A stretch of 64,000 nucleotides of DNA from Dudresnaya verticillata (Eukaryota), in the NCBI GenBank assembly GCA_977862235.1, contig OZ374561.1, forward strand, positions 1,488,001-1,552,000, given 5' to 3'. A program made the translations under genes and the position numbers. A model generated the notes under the pieces. It had not been told where the DNA came from. It made no database searches and saw only the letters and a program-made list of their open reading frames with translations. Shown here in pieces: positions 1 through 12,224 of this stretch; positions within the stretch are counted from its first letter, which is position 1; each line of letters starts with the position of its first letter.

Positions 1-3000
1 GTCGTGCGAAGAAGACCCCGCCCCCGCGCGTGATCTCATCCGACTCTTCGAGCGACGACAACGCGGCCATCTCAGCGCAGAAGAAGCCGTCAATGGCCGA
101 TTTGCGGAAAGCAGTGGCGTCGTCATCCAAGAGCACGCCGGCAAAAGTCACAGCGCCCTCATCATCCAAACACACGGCCGCGCCTCAAGAGAAGAAAACG
201 GCCGACGAGCAAGCTAAGGAGTTGGCAAATACAGAAGAATTGCAGAAGGTCCTGGCCAACTACCGCGAACGTCGTGCGGCCGAGGACAAGGAAATCTTGG
301 AACTGCAGAGTCGTTTGGCCGCGTTGGAAGAAGCGAAGAAGACTACTGCGAAGACGTCGGCCGATGCGGTGTTACTCTCGTCATCATCCCCGACACCCCC
401 TCCCGTTTCCAAGTCAAGGCCGATGAAGCTGGCCATATCCGCTCTTGCACCGTCGCCGAACGTGGCTGCAGCTTCTGGTATGACCACTCGCAAGAACATT
501 CCGTCGGTTCCGGCTCTCCCCTTGCCTGTGATGCGCGTAACTCCGGCCGACTCTGCAGCGGTAGCGGGGGCATCGTCTGCCCCAGTTGACACGGCCGCTA
601 TCAAGCAGGCCAGCAAGAAGGCGACACGCCCTTCTTCGGCCGTTACCGCTATTGTGCCGCCGGCCCCACTTCCAACTTCGGCCAATCAGTCTACCCCGTC
701 TGCCAGCGTTGGACCCGATGGAAACGCTAAAGCGGCAGAGGCAGCACCTGAGAAGTCGGCTAATGAGAAGAAGGTGGATCGTGCTGAGACGGCCAACCCA
801 GAAGACTTGGCCATCTTGCGTGAAGCTATGGAAGCAGCGGCCGAACGAGAGAAGGCGCGTGCCTTAGCAGGTATCGCTGTCCCACGTCGGCCGACAGCTG
901 AGAAGGCCACTGATAATCCGACGGTGCACCGTTTAGCCCCTCGCTTGCGGTCATCTCCTTCGCCATTCATGCCTACTCGTCGATCTGCCCCCGGTCTAAA
1001 GCCTTCTTCATCGCGCAGCCCACCATCGAAGAAGTTGCGAACGGCCGAAGAAGAGAAGACAGCGGCCGTTAAGAAGGTACCTCCTCCTTCGAGGAGCGAG
1101 GTGATCGACGTCGATGCGGACACCCCTGTGCCACCGGCGATGTTGATGAGCGATGGCGACCAGCGGCGCTTCACCAGTCAGTTGCCCGACTTAGAAGACT
1201 TATCTCGGCCGAATAACAAGGGGGAAGTTGCTCCAGCGGCTCCCACTTCGGCTCCTCAGACATCTTCACCGGCCGTTCCAGCTCCAACGCCAGACCCCAG
1301 GGAGTCTGCACTTATTCCGCGTGAAGACGTAGTGGATGCCACGGCCGTTAGTCAAGAAGTTCGTCGGCCGACCTCATCAGCCGCTCGTCCAACTCGTGGC
1401 CATTCTGTGCCGATTTCTACACCGGCCGACTCTTCTCCTCTGCCGCAAGACTCCGCCCCTGCTAGGCACAACCAGACGGCGTCACATCGGCCGGCTCATA
1501 TCCTACCGGGGACCGAAGATCGCGACGGCCCAGAGTTGCGGCTTGACGCAAGCTTGCCCGACATGTCCATATGGCCGAAGTTTCCGAGAGTCGACATCAA
1601 CTACACGGAGTTGGTGGCTACTTCGCCGAAGTTGGATATGGTTCGTCTTCGGAGAGTCCCGATAACTTGGCCGATAATTGGCGCCAGTTCCGTTCTTCGC
1701 GCGCTGGTGGCCACTTGTATTGGGTGCCATGGGAGATTGGATGCGACCGCGCCTTCTTGCTCAACATGGGCGACGTTCTGTTGGTCCACCAAGCTTGGCT
1801 TACGCTCACCGGCCGTTCCTCCGTAATGCTATACATGTTGACTTGGTGGCATGCCTTCCCGCAGTCTTGGATGTTGGACCGTGCAGATCAGGCCGTGGTA
1901 CGTAGTGCGAAATGGGCTAGCACGGACTTGCGCCGCGTGATTGCTCCGACCGACTGGGTTGCTCATCAAACAACCGGTTGCTACATCTAGTTGGCCGGTG
2001 GTCGTGGGCAACAGTGTTTCTGGCCGCCGGTGACTACCTTCCCATCAATCCCGGCCTTCCTTTGGTCCGAATGGCCGTCTGCTGGTGAGTGTCCTTTGCT
2101 GAGTCCCACGGCCTATTACTTCGTTCATCAGTACAACACACGGCCGACGGAAATGGATTGGTGCGGTTACTTCCGGCAGATCACCACCAGGGAGATTCAT
2201 GTAATGGCCGCTACGTTTTTCCGCTACGAAGCTCAAGCTTCCAAGCGGATGTGGTGGATGCCTCTTCAGAACATCGAGAAGAGAGTTTCGGCCATTAAGG
2301 ATCTTCCTTCGTTGCCGGTGAACCCCGCACACCAGCACTTATACAACGACGTGTATTGGCCGGATGTGGTTGACCTCTACGACAAGTTGGCCGATGCTGT
2401 CCGTCACCGTCCCCACTTGTTCTCTCGTCGTGGGTCGCAAGACGAGCAGTACTGTGGTTTCGACTGGGGCAAGCAGATTACCTTCCGCCATGGTAGCAGC
2501 TTCGGCGTGGAAGTGGCCAACGAAGCTTCGATCATTCGGCCGCAGACTCTCCAGCCGCATCCTCGACTTGTGGCCGAGCTTAGCGTGAGAGGCCATCTGA
2601 ATCAAGCCCCGTTGGTGACTATCTTACGCCAACTGGATCAATGCATCGGCCGATTTGGGGAAATGCGGGAGAAGGACTTGGCCGATATCGTACGCTATCG
2701 ACTTTATCTCGATGCGGATAAGACCGTTATTGAGCAGCGTGAAGAAGAGTTGGCCGGTCTCAAGCGGGAGCTCAACCGCCTTAGTGGTATCAACCAAGAC
2801 GTTCAAGAGAAATTGGCCATGCAGAAGGAACAGGGCGAGGAGTGGAAGCGTCAGCGCGACCGTTGGTGCGATTCGGCCCATCAACAGCAGACGCTGCTGG
2901 ACTTGGAACGCAACCGTAGCTTCCACCAGATGGCGTCTATGAGGGCACTGGCCGCTCCATCGTTTGGCCAGTTTCCGTCTCACCATCACCCTTACCAGCA

Positions 3001-3088
3001 GTTGTCGGCCAATGTTCCCATGATGCCCAACTTCGCTGGGACGCCGGGTGCTGCTACGCCGACTCAAGCTCCTCCGACGCCAGCTTAA
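1..3088 (+). pseudogene. Large antisense accessory ORF of element A (5'-partial): P/A/S-rich N-region, Trp/Tyr-rich globular domain, C-terminal coiled coil
   Basis: ORFs 30-1826, 1571-1990 and 1991-3088 join through one frameshift near 1700 and one in-frame TAG at 1988-1990; the frame is open from the window start; lies downstream of pol on the opposite strand. Confidence 0.7.
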
Positions 3089-4176
3089 GTCTTCGATATC
3101 CCATCCGGCCAAACTCGAATTGCTCCTCGGCCGTCTGACTACCAACCTGAGCCTGCTCGCGCCGGGCCTTCGGCGCCCGGCACCCCAGTGGCGGCTCCAC
3201 GTTCTAGTATGGCCGGCACGCCTTCCATGTCTCTTCCCGCGGCCAGTCCTTTCTTACCGCGCACGGCCGACCCTTCATCGGATGCTGGTGGGGCAGCGGG
3301 ACCAAGGTCTCCGATGCCCTACTCTTCTCGGCCAGGCGAATACGCTGACCCCTACGTCCAGCGTTAACCGCCAGCTTCAAGTGGATGACCAAGTTCTTAT
3401 GAAGACTTGGTGTTCTCTCTCTCTTCGGCCAATGTTATGTTAGTGTGATCATGGCCGTTTTCGTCTAGTTGTTGTTATGTACAAAAGTTGATGGCCAATA
3501 ATAGAAGTACTCGGCCGACACCGGGTAGGCGGTTCCCTGTTTTCGGAACAGCTGTTCCCCTTAGTGTTCGGCCAACTTGAGTTAAAGGTTAATGGTTATC
3601 TTCTTCTTGGGGCTTCTTGAAAACTCCCCCTTGCTCCACGATTGTTAGCTTCATCCTTCGGCCGATGTCAAGGTTGCGTCCGCACTCTGGTTGCGCTACA
3701 GTAGTTCGGCCAACTTGCTTCGTCTTCGTTTTCGGCCGGTGTTCTTCCTTCATGATGCGATAGTTCGGTCGTGTTTCTCCAAGGGAGCATACGTGTGAGT
3801 GGCCGAATCGCGAAGGTCGAAACCGCCACAATGTCTTGTCGGGTGTCTGCACGATTTTGGCTGTAATTAGCGTTACTCATCCCCAGGACCGGATGGCGAG
3901 TTTTTACCATCCAATCACTATTACTCAACTCGGGCCTAGCTCGCGCCCCTTGGTGATTTTGGCCCATTCGTACGTGATCTGGCTGAGCCTCACCTGGGAA
4001 GTCTAGCCCTAAATGACCGTCGTCGTATTTTGGTGTGCGCTGTGTTCACCAAAATGTTATTACCACCCAGCACTGTCTCGCCTGGCCCACGCACAACTCC
4101 TTCACACACACACACTGGCTTACCGATCCCCGGCCGAACTCCTGACTTCGCTTGCTTGGACTTATGATGGCCGACC

Positions 4177-7100
4177 TCACACCGGACCTTCGTTGTTCTG
4201 GGTTGGTGTGGCTCGACGCGCCATGCGCGCAAAGAAACGGGAGACTAATGTGGCCGGTAGGAGAGTTTCTGGCTCCCATGTTCGGCCGTGATAGCCATAC
4301 CACTTGACTTGGAACCAACGACGGCCGGTAGAATCTTGGCGCATGTCCATGAGTTTGTCGATGACATACTCTTCGGCCGTCGCTGCTATGCCCTCTGGGA
4401 GGTTGCCCAGGGCAGCACTGGTCATAGTTTCTGGAGCCAGTGGTTGCCCTTGTGGCCTTGGCGCTGCGACAACTCGGTCAGAGCTCACTCGTTCCAACTG
4501 GCCACCGCGGTCTATCATGAAGGTTCGGCCATCGTTAGTTATAATCTTGTACGGCCCTTGTGCGTGGTGCTCCAGTTTCTTCGGCTGTTTTTCCGGGTTA
4601 TCCAAGTAGAAGAATTCTCATGCGGCCAATGACTTGTTTCCCGTTCGCACTGAACGGTCAAAGTCCTTCTTGTAGCGCGTCTGCGTGCGAGTTAGACTGG
4701 CCGACGCCCGATCCACAGCTTCCGACAATCTTCGGAGGAAAGCCTCCTTGACTGCCCCCGTTGGTTTTGGCCGATTTAACGTGGCCTCTAACGAAAACGG
4801 TCCTGGTGGCCGACTCAGCACTAAGTCAAACGGTGTAGTTCCCGTAGAACGATGTACGTGACAGTTGTACGCGTACGTCAATGCGGCCGCATATTGGTCC
4901 CAATCGGTTTGGTGTTCGTTCACATAACTTCGCAGCATGGCCGACAGAGTCCGATTATACCGCTCCACTTGACCATTGGTCTGTGGATGGTATGTCGTCG
5001 TGAATATATTGGCCACTTGTAACTGGCGACAAACCGCTTGGAAGAACTTGGCCGCAAACTGTCCCCCATTGTCGGTCAGTACTGTTTTCGGCGCTCCATA
5101 TTTGAAAACCCAGTGAGCACAAAAGGCAATGGCCACATTGTATGCAGTGATTTTGGCCAATGGTACCACCTGTGTCAGCTTAGAGAAACGGCATGTGATG
5201 ACTAATATATGCTCATGGCCTTTCTTCGTCCGAGGTAACGGCCCAAGCAGATCCATGGCCACGCTCTCCAAGGGTTGATTGGCCGGAAACAGCTTCAACC
5301 TCGACGTATGGCGTAGTCTGCGGATCCGATTCTTGGCGCACTGGCCACAATTCCAGATAGTGGCTAGGCAATCAGCGGCCATATGTGGCCAATAATACGT
5401 CCGACGAAGCGTCTGATACATACGGTTCTGGCCGGGATGACCTGCAAGAACTGCGTGATGACACAACCGAAGAATACGGCCGTGTAACGAAGCGGGTAGC
5501 ATAATTTAATGTCGGCCATCCGTAGGGCACCGCCGGGAGAGGACTCCCTGGGCACTCTCGAAGAAGAGGGGCTTCTTGGACTTCCCCAAACCGGCACGTG
5601 TAGCTATGATAGTCTGACAGAAGTCGTCGCTTTTCTGCCCCTCTATAATTTCGGCCTGTTTCAATGGTGCGGGGAGTGTCTCCGATGCCTTCCCTTCTGC
5701 TTGTGCACGACTGAAGGCCTCTGCCCGGCCGTAGTCAGTATAGTCGGCCATTAAATGCTCTTCTTCCCACGCATCAACATCGTCTTCGTTGTCGCGTTCC
5801 CTACTATCGGCCGCGTGGACTACTTCTCGATTTCTCCTGGCCCGTGTGGTCGTGAGAATAGAGGGGGTACCGTCCAGTACAGGTACAGTATCATCTATTG
5901 GCCGTATGTCTCCGCTCTCCAACGGGGCCACCAGTCGGGACAAGGCGTCGGGTACTTGATTCTTGCGTCCCGGCTTACACTCAATCACAAAGTCAAACTC
6001 GGCTAGGCGTAATCTCCATCTCGTAAGGCGGCCGGACGAATCTGTGAGCGACATCAACCAACGAAGGGCGTCATGGTCCGTGCGGACCGTGAACTTCGTC
6101 CCTTCAACGTATGGCCGTAACGATGTAATGGCCCACACCACAGACAAACACTCGCGCTCCGTGGCTGAATAGTTCTTCTCGGCCGAAGTCAGGGAGCGAG
6201 ACCAGTATCCAACTGGGTGATACGTCTCGTCCGCTTGTTCTTGGAGTAGGACACACCAAATTTGATAAGCGCTGGCATCTGTCTCAATCACATACGGCCG
6301 TCCATGTCGAGGCAGGGCTAGGATCGGTGGCGAGACTAGGGCTGCCTTGAGTTTCTCGAAACTATGGCGTTGTTCCTCTGTCGGATGTTCGAAGTCTGGC
6401 TCTGCATCCTTGCATAGCATACGCGTGAGTGGCCGGGCGATCGTAGAGTATTTGGCCACAAACCTTCGGTAGACATTGCAAGCTCCCAAGAAGGACCGCA
6501 GTTCCGTAAGGGTACCTGGAAACTCGGCCTCTTGAATTGCCTTGGTTCCTTGCATGGCCATACTCAGCTTCCTGGGGGTCACCACGTGACCCAGGTAATC
6601 TACTTTGGCCTGGAAGAACGAACACTTCTTCAGCTTCAATGTGATACCGGCCGCCTTCAACAAGGTAAGTACCTCGTCCAGGTGGCCGAGATGATCCTCC
6701 ACATTCTTAGAGAAGACGATGACATCGTCCAAGTAGATGAGACATATTTGCCATCGGACCCCGGACAAAACGATATCAAGTGCGCGCTGGAATGTGGCCG
6801 GTGCGTTCTTCAATCCAAACGGCATTCGATTATAACGGAATGTCCCCAGGTGGGAAGTGAAGGCTGTCTTATCCTTATCTTCTTCGGCCACTGGTACCTG
6901 CCAATAACCGGAGTTACAGTCCAAGGTAGAGAACACGGCCGCATCTCCAAGGGAATCTATGCAGTCATCCATACGTGGGAGCGGGTATGCGTCGCCAATT
7001 GTCTTCGCGTTGAGTCGGCGATAGTCGACAAAAAAGCGGAGAGTGCCATCCTTTTTGGGCACCATGACAATTGGCGAGGCCCATTCTCCATGCGATGGCT

Positions 7101-8346
7101 CTATCACTCCAGCTTCCAACTGCTTCTTAATGTCGGCCTCAGCGATCGCGCGTAATGCTGGCCCCTGTCGGTAGGGCATGGCTCTTATTGGCCGTGTCCC
7201 ATCCTCCAAGTCTATTCGGTGTTCAGTGGCCATGATCTGTCCCAAGGAACCGTCCCACATCGCACTGTGTTTCTCCAGAATGGCCATTATCTTCTTGCGT
7301 TGCTTCTTATCCGGGATGTGATCAAGCTTGATCTTGTCCCGCCATTCTTCTGCGTCGTTTCTGGGTGGCTCTGGTTCCGAAGACTTGTCTTTTTCTTGGC
7401 CGACCACTTCTACTTCTACTTGACTAATATCCTGCTCCACCAGAGGGGTGAGACCAAGTACATTGGCCATATTTTCCACGCTCTGTCGGTGTGGCGTCAG
7501 GATTGCCATAGGGGGACGGACGGCGTAGCGGACTACCGTACCCTTTGGTAATAAGACATCCTTTCGTCCCCAGTTGGCCAGCATTACCTGGAATGGTTTC
7601 TGCGGCCGAACTTCGGCAACTCCATTGGCCATTCGCGTATGGTGCCGGAAGCTCAAAGAATGTTTGGGCTCCAACACGCACAATCCTCGGCCGTCACTGC
7701 GAACAGACACGGTAGCCTGTTGGCCTGCCCGTATGGTCAGACCTTTTGTCAAGCGTACAGTGGCCGCGTAGTGTCGTGGAGGCTTGGCCGAATTGGAATT
7801 ACCACCCGGAGGCGGGGCCCCCTTCGCAGCGGTTGGCTCTGCCCCCAGAGCCACTGAAGTGCTGTCAGGGAGAAGTGGAAGGATATCTCCGCGCACTAAG
7901 TGCACGGTTTGACCACGGCACTGGATGCTATCCACATGCGTGTTCAAGAAGGCTGTACCCAGTAAGATGGGTACTGCAAATCGAAGGTCGGCGATAAGGA
8001 ACGGCACTCGGTAGGAATGACGGCCTAAGCGCACGACCAAGGAAACGGCCCCTCGAAAATGAATCGGCCGTTGGTTGGCGTCCCCTAGAAGAGGTGGGGA
8101 CGTCAACTCAAGTGCGTTGTCCTTCCAATTCGGAGGCAACGCATCCAGCCGGATGATGTTCCAACCCGAGCACGTGTCTAAGACAACGGGCCCGGGTATC
8201 AAGGCAGAGATGGTGAGACCAAAGGAACCCGAGAGGGTATAGTTGGTCCCCCCCAGGATGCAGACCATACCTTGTGATGAAACATCGGCCGACTTGGAAT
8301 CTTCTGTCTTTTCTTCGTTCAATGGTTTGCGGCCACTCTTTGGCAA
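4177..8346 (-). pseudogene. pol: pol of element A: aspartic protease, RT, RNase H, integrase, chromodomain
   Basis: VVLDTCSG protease, YLDD RT, ETDAS RNase H, H..AGHPG..C..C zinc finger, TDNG/ERYN integrase core, GPY module, EYVIDKL..FQVKWYGY..TWEPE chromodomain; one frame with stops at 5506-5508 and 4618-4620. Confidence 0.93.
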
Positions 8347-8585
8347 GGAACCCCCATCCTGTGGTATGGGGGTGGATGGTTATGATGTAGCATGGCCGGA
8401 CCGCCAAGGTGGTGACCACACCAGGCCGTTAGATGAGAATGGACAGTGGTAGGTCAAATCATGGGTTGACCAAACCTGGATTGGCGTTGCCAAACGCCAT
8501 GCAATGGCTAACAAGGAAGAAAAACGGATGTGACTAAAAGGAAAGAACTTAATGGAAACGAGACTAGCCGGTTTTGGGACGTGTA

Positions 8586-8631
8586 CGGGCAGCGGGATCA
8601 CGACCGACGATCTCGGCCCGGCTAGTTTCCC
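8586..8631 (-). promoter_or_regulatory. -1 ribosomal frameshift signal at the gag/pol junction of element A
   Basis: Slippery heptamer G GGA AAC immediately before the gag TAG; pol is in the -1 frame; downstream hairpin CGGGC..GATC...GATC..GCCCG. Confidence 0.7.
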
Positions 8632-10961
8632 GATGCCAACGAAGAATTATCGGACTCCACGTCGGCCACCACCTCATCCATTGGATGTTCTTGCGTAGTG
8701 ACTAACGTGGCCTGTCGATTCCCACGGTTCGAAGATGATTGTTGCGGCCGTCGGAGTATTCCCTGAGGGGGAGGGCGTCCCCTTCCATCCCCAAAGGAGA
8801 CATTCTTTTGATCGGGGCGGTAACCTCGACCACCTCGGCCGGCAAACTGTTCTGGGTGCCATCTAGAGTACTCATCTCGGAAGCGGAAGTTCCGTATGGC
8901 AAACAAGTTCCTGACGAGCGTTGGTAAGTACACACAAGTGTACAAATCATGGCCCCATTCACGACAACCCCAACAACGGGCGCTGGTCTTGTCACTGCGT
9001 AGCATAATAGCGACTTTGGTCAGCTCGTCGGCCGTCAACGTTGGCGGCTTCCGGAGTGGGTCCGGGGTATTACCCCCGGACACCGACCCAGCCGGTGACG
9101 GCGTGGTCGGCGTCATTGTCGGTGTTTGCTGAGCACCATTCTGGCCAGGAGTAATGGCCATAACCGGTATGGTGTCAAACGGATCATCATAGTTGGCCGC
9201 TATATCCTCGGGCTCCGCCTGCCAAGCAGGCTCGGCCGCAAGGGTAGGGATGACCAACGCACTTCTGGAACTGGCCGACCTTGTTTTGGGACGTGCAGAA
9301 GCCAAGTAGGCTCTGTGTGTCTCCCCCTCGGCGATGGCTATACGGCGTACCGTCGAGAAGTCCTTCTCCTCCGGCCGCATCTGCATAAGCTTCTCAGCTA
9401 CGGCCGAACGAGTGGTCGAAGGTAAACCCCTCACATAATGGTTGATCAGGGTGTTCTCCGAGAAGACATCGGCGCACGACAGCGCCGCGTCCCCTAACCG
9501 GTCGGCGAATTCCGCTTCTGTCTCGGTATCTTTCTGTTTTCTTCTGGCCACTTTGTCGAACGCGGCGGCCAGAACATCTTCGGTGCAGTAGCGCTTGATG
9601 AAAGAATGGACTAAGTGTGGCCAGCTGATTTGTGAAAATCCACTCATCGGGAAGATGGAGTGTACTGACCGTATTCCACGGGACATCCGGCCAGAATAGA
9701 ACCTCTTCGCATCACCGGCCGTAAAGAAAGCCAGAAGACGCAAGGCGGCTCCTTAATGAACGTTTGTCCCATCACAGGCATCCTTGAACTCCTTGAGGAA
9801 GGACAGGAGTTCGATCGGACGTCGGCCATCAAATGGGTTCATCTGCGGGAACAAGTTCCGGATTTGGCGAGTCATCCGGGACAAGCGCCGCGCATCCTCC
9901 ATCGTCATCGTCGGCCGAGTATCCAGAAGACGGTGGGTTCGGTAATCCACCACCCTCCGGAAGGGCTCTTGGAGGGTTTTGAGAGGCTCTAGACCTTGTT
10001 CTATCGGCCCCATCGCTGCGATCGGAAGACCTGTTTCATCCAAATGGCCGGCGTATCCCGTGAAAGACTCTCCTACCTCAGCTGGGCCCGAAGGTCCAAC
10101 TAACGCAGGCCGTGGGGCGGCACCACTGTTCTGAGTGTTGCCCTCTTGTGGTGGTACCCCTTCCACTGGAATATTCGGCCGAGCCCTATCAGGATGCGAC
10201 AAGGCTGTAATCTCATCTTGCAACTTGTCTAGTTGCTTCTGCACTGCTGCTACCGGTTCACCAACCTGTGGTGCCAAGACTGGTTGATTGGACGGTGTCA
10301 TCCGAGCGGACTCGGACCTTGTCTGGTTAGGAGGGACGGTGAGTTTTACCTTCCCGTCGGAAGAGAAAACGGCCGACTCAACCTTTTCCAGACGCTCATC
10401 ATAACGTTCGGCTATGGCCGTAAGTGCACCGTCAAGAATGACGGAGTGGATCTCGTGGCGAAGCTGTTGGTCCCTAATCAGAGCCGTGGTGGACATCTTG
10501 ACTTGCATCTCGCCAAACTGGTTCTTCACCTCTTGTTGCCAATCGGCCGTACGACGCTTATACTGGTAGAACTCTTGCCGGCCCAACCAGACATCATGTT
10601 CTGGCTGAGAATCATCAGCGACCGGAGGCGGCCGAAGATTGGCAGAAGCGGCCAGCGGAGTCATCGGCGGCGCGGAGGCCGCCGGTGGCGTGCGCCACGG
10701 CGAGACCGGTGGGGCTGTCCGCGGCGGTACCTCATTACGGACGGCACCGGCCGTGGAAGCTGATCCTGCTCGTCCAACTGTCGGAGGAATGATCTGGCCA
10801 GTCGATAACGGGACCGGAGGGGCTGGTGTTGGCCCTGATAACGGTGGATACAGGTCAGGAGCAGGGGGTGGGCCTATGGGAGCGCCCAACGTGGAGGGAG
10901 GTGGAGCCGAGCCTTGTAAGGACTGCGGTTGTCCGCCTGCCGGTGAAGAAGAAGAAGACAT
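8622..10961 (-). pseudogene. gag: gag of element A
   Basis: ORFs 9753-10976 and 8622-9743 in the same frame with a TAA at 9753-9755; YRTHRL..FDGRRPIELLSFL gag core; zinc knuckle CWGCREWGHDLYTC. Confidence 0.88.
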
Positions 10962-11420
10962 GAAGAAGTGCTTCAAAGACTGATCGGCCGTGTACTTCTA
11001 GCGATTCGTGGACACCCCGTGGCCGACGTGTGCAAAGTGGCCTACCTGGGAACCACACTGTCGTGTGCAAAACACAGGGGTGGGAACGGACGATTCCGGG
11101 TTCTAGTCCCTATACCAAGGGTTGGACACTGCCGTGTGCAAAACTCCCTGTGCTGGGAACGAACCAGTGAGTGTGCAAAGCGGCCGACCTGGGAACGAAC
11201 CAAGCGACGGGTGTCTGGCCTGTGACCTAGACTGCGGCCACGGAATCGGGTTGAAGTAGACGGATAATCAGATTGCGAGACCGGGTAGTTACTAACCCGC
11301 AATCTGCAACTTACGGGGTTTGGCCACCACAGTAGCGAGGAAGATACTGGCCGTCGTCGACTACGGCCAGCTACTCGAGTCTTCTAACGGAGGAATACGG
11401 CCGAAACCTCAGCTGATCTT

Positions 11421-11436
11421 CTAGGTCGGGAGACCA
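11421..11436 (-). promoter_or_regulatory. Primer-binding site of element A (tRNA-Tyr-like)
   Basis: TGGTCTCCCGACCTAG 1 nt after the LTR end; nearly identical PBS in elements B and D. Confidence 0.8.
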
Positions 11437-11437
11437 G

Positions 11438-12224
11438 TGTAGTATCTCGCACGGCACCACCGCGTACGGCAGCCGGGCGAGACCCCAAGAGGACCCAAAA
11501 GACCTGTCGGATTTCGTGGTAGAACGGCCGAACGTAGAACGGACCTGCGCACCGGTAGCAAATATGGTAGAGCGGGAGTGCGCAGACGAAGTCGCGGCCA
11601 AAAACCTGGATGAGCAGCGGAAAATGGCCGAGTTGGGAAAAAGGTTGCAAAACTTTACTCCCAACCTCTGGCGTGACTTCTTCGTACCTATTTTGGCCGA
11701 GCCGTGGTTTGTGGCCGTCTAAGTAGGCCCAAAATCGGCCACTAGAGCTAATCTAGAGCTATTCTACATATTCTACAGTTAGTGGCCGAGGTTACTCCCC
11801 GTCGGCCATAATATCTACTTGTGTACCGGTGTCGGGCCAATGTTGTACCCTTACCAGTCTAAACCAAGTACTTGTTCGTTAGTGGTTGGCCAAGTGAGTT
11901 AGATTTTCCCTTGATTTTTCTGCTGTCTTCTGCTTGATTTCATGCGCGGCCAAATCCCATTTCCCTTTCGCACTTGCTTCCAGATCCGATCACACCGATC
12001 ATACGTGTACAGCGAGCCACGTGGTGCGCTTAGGTGTCGTCGGTGGCCACGTGTGACACACGTGTACACTTGTTGGACACGTGTGCTCCTTGCGCGGTGT
12101 TCACCGTCGTCCGCTCGGCCGCACTGTCATCGGTTGGCCAAACGTATCTTTCTGATTGGGCTGCCCGTCCCACTTGGCCCGGCCGGTTGCGCCCGTTTTG
12201 GAGGCCCCTTGGCGTTGCACCACA
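11438..12224 (-). repeat. 5' LTR of element A (787 bp)
   Basis: TG...CA termini on minus strand, adjacent PBS, start resembles the TGTGGTA(C/T)AACG start of element D LTRs. Confidence 0.85.

Larger units (their letters stand above)
1..12224 (-). mobile_element. Ty3/gypsy chromovirus-type LTR retrotransposon A (3' end outside window), nested in gag of element B
   Basis: 5' LTR 11438-12224 (TGTGGTGCAAC...TACTACA on minus), PBS, gag, PR-RT-RH-IN-chromodomain order; the junction at 12224/12225 cuts the zinc knuckle of element B gag. Confidence 0.93.

Noticed and set aside
1..3088. env gene
   Set aside because: Antisense to gag-pol, with no TM segment or fusion-protein features in the visible part
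11421..11436. tRNA gene
   Set aside because: Only a short match to a tRNA 3' end (PBS) with no cloverleaf; no rRNA or tRNA genes were recognised in the window
12030..12224. C-terminal part of ORF 12030-12857
   Set aside because: Read-through of truncated gag B into the LTR of element A
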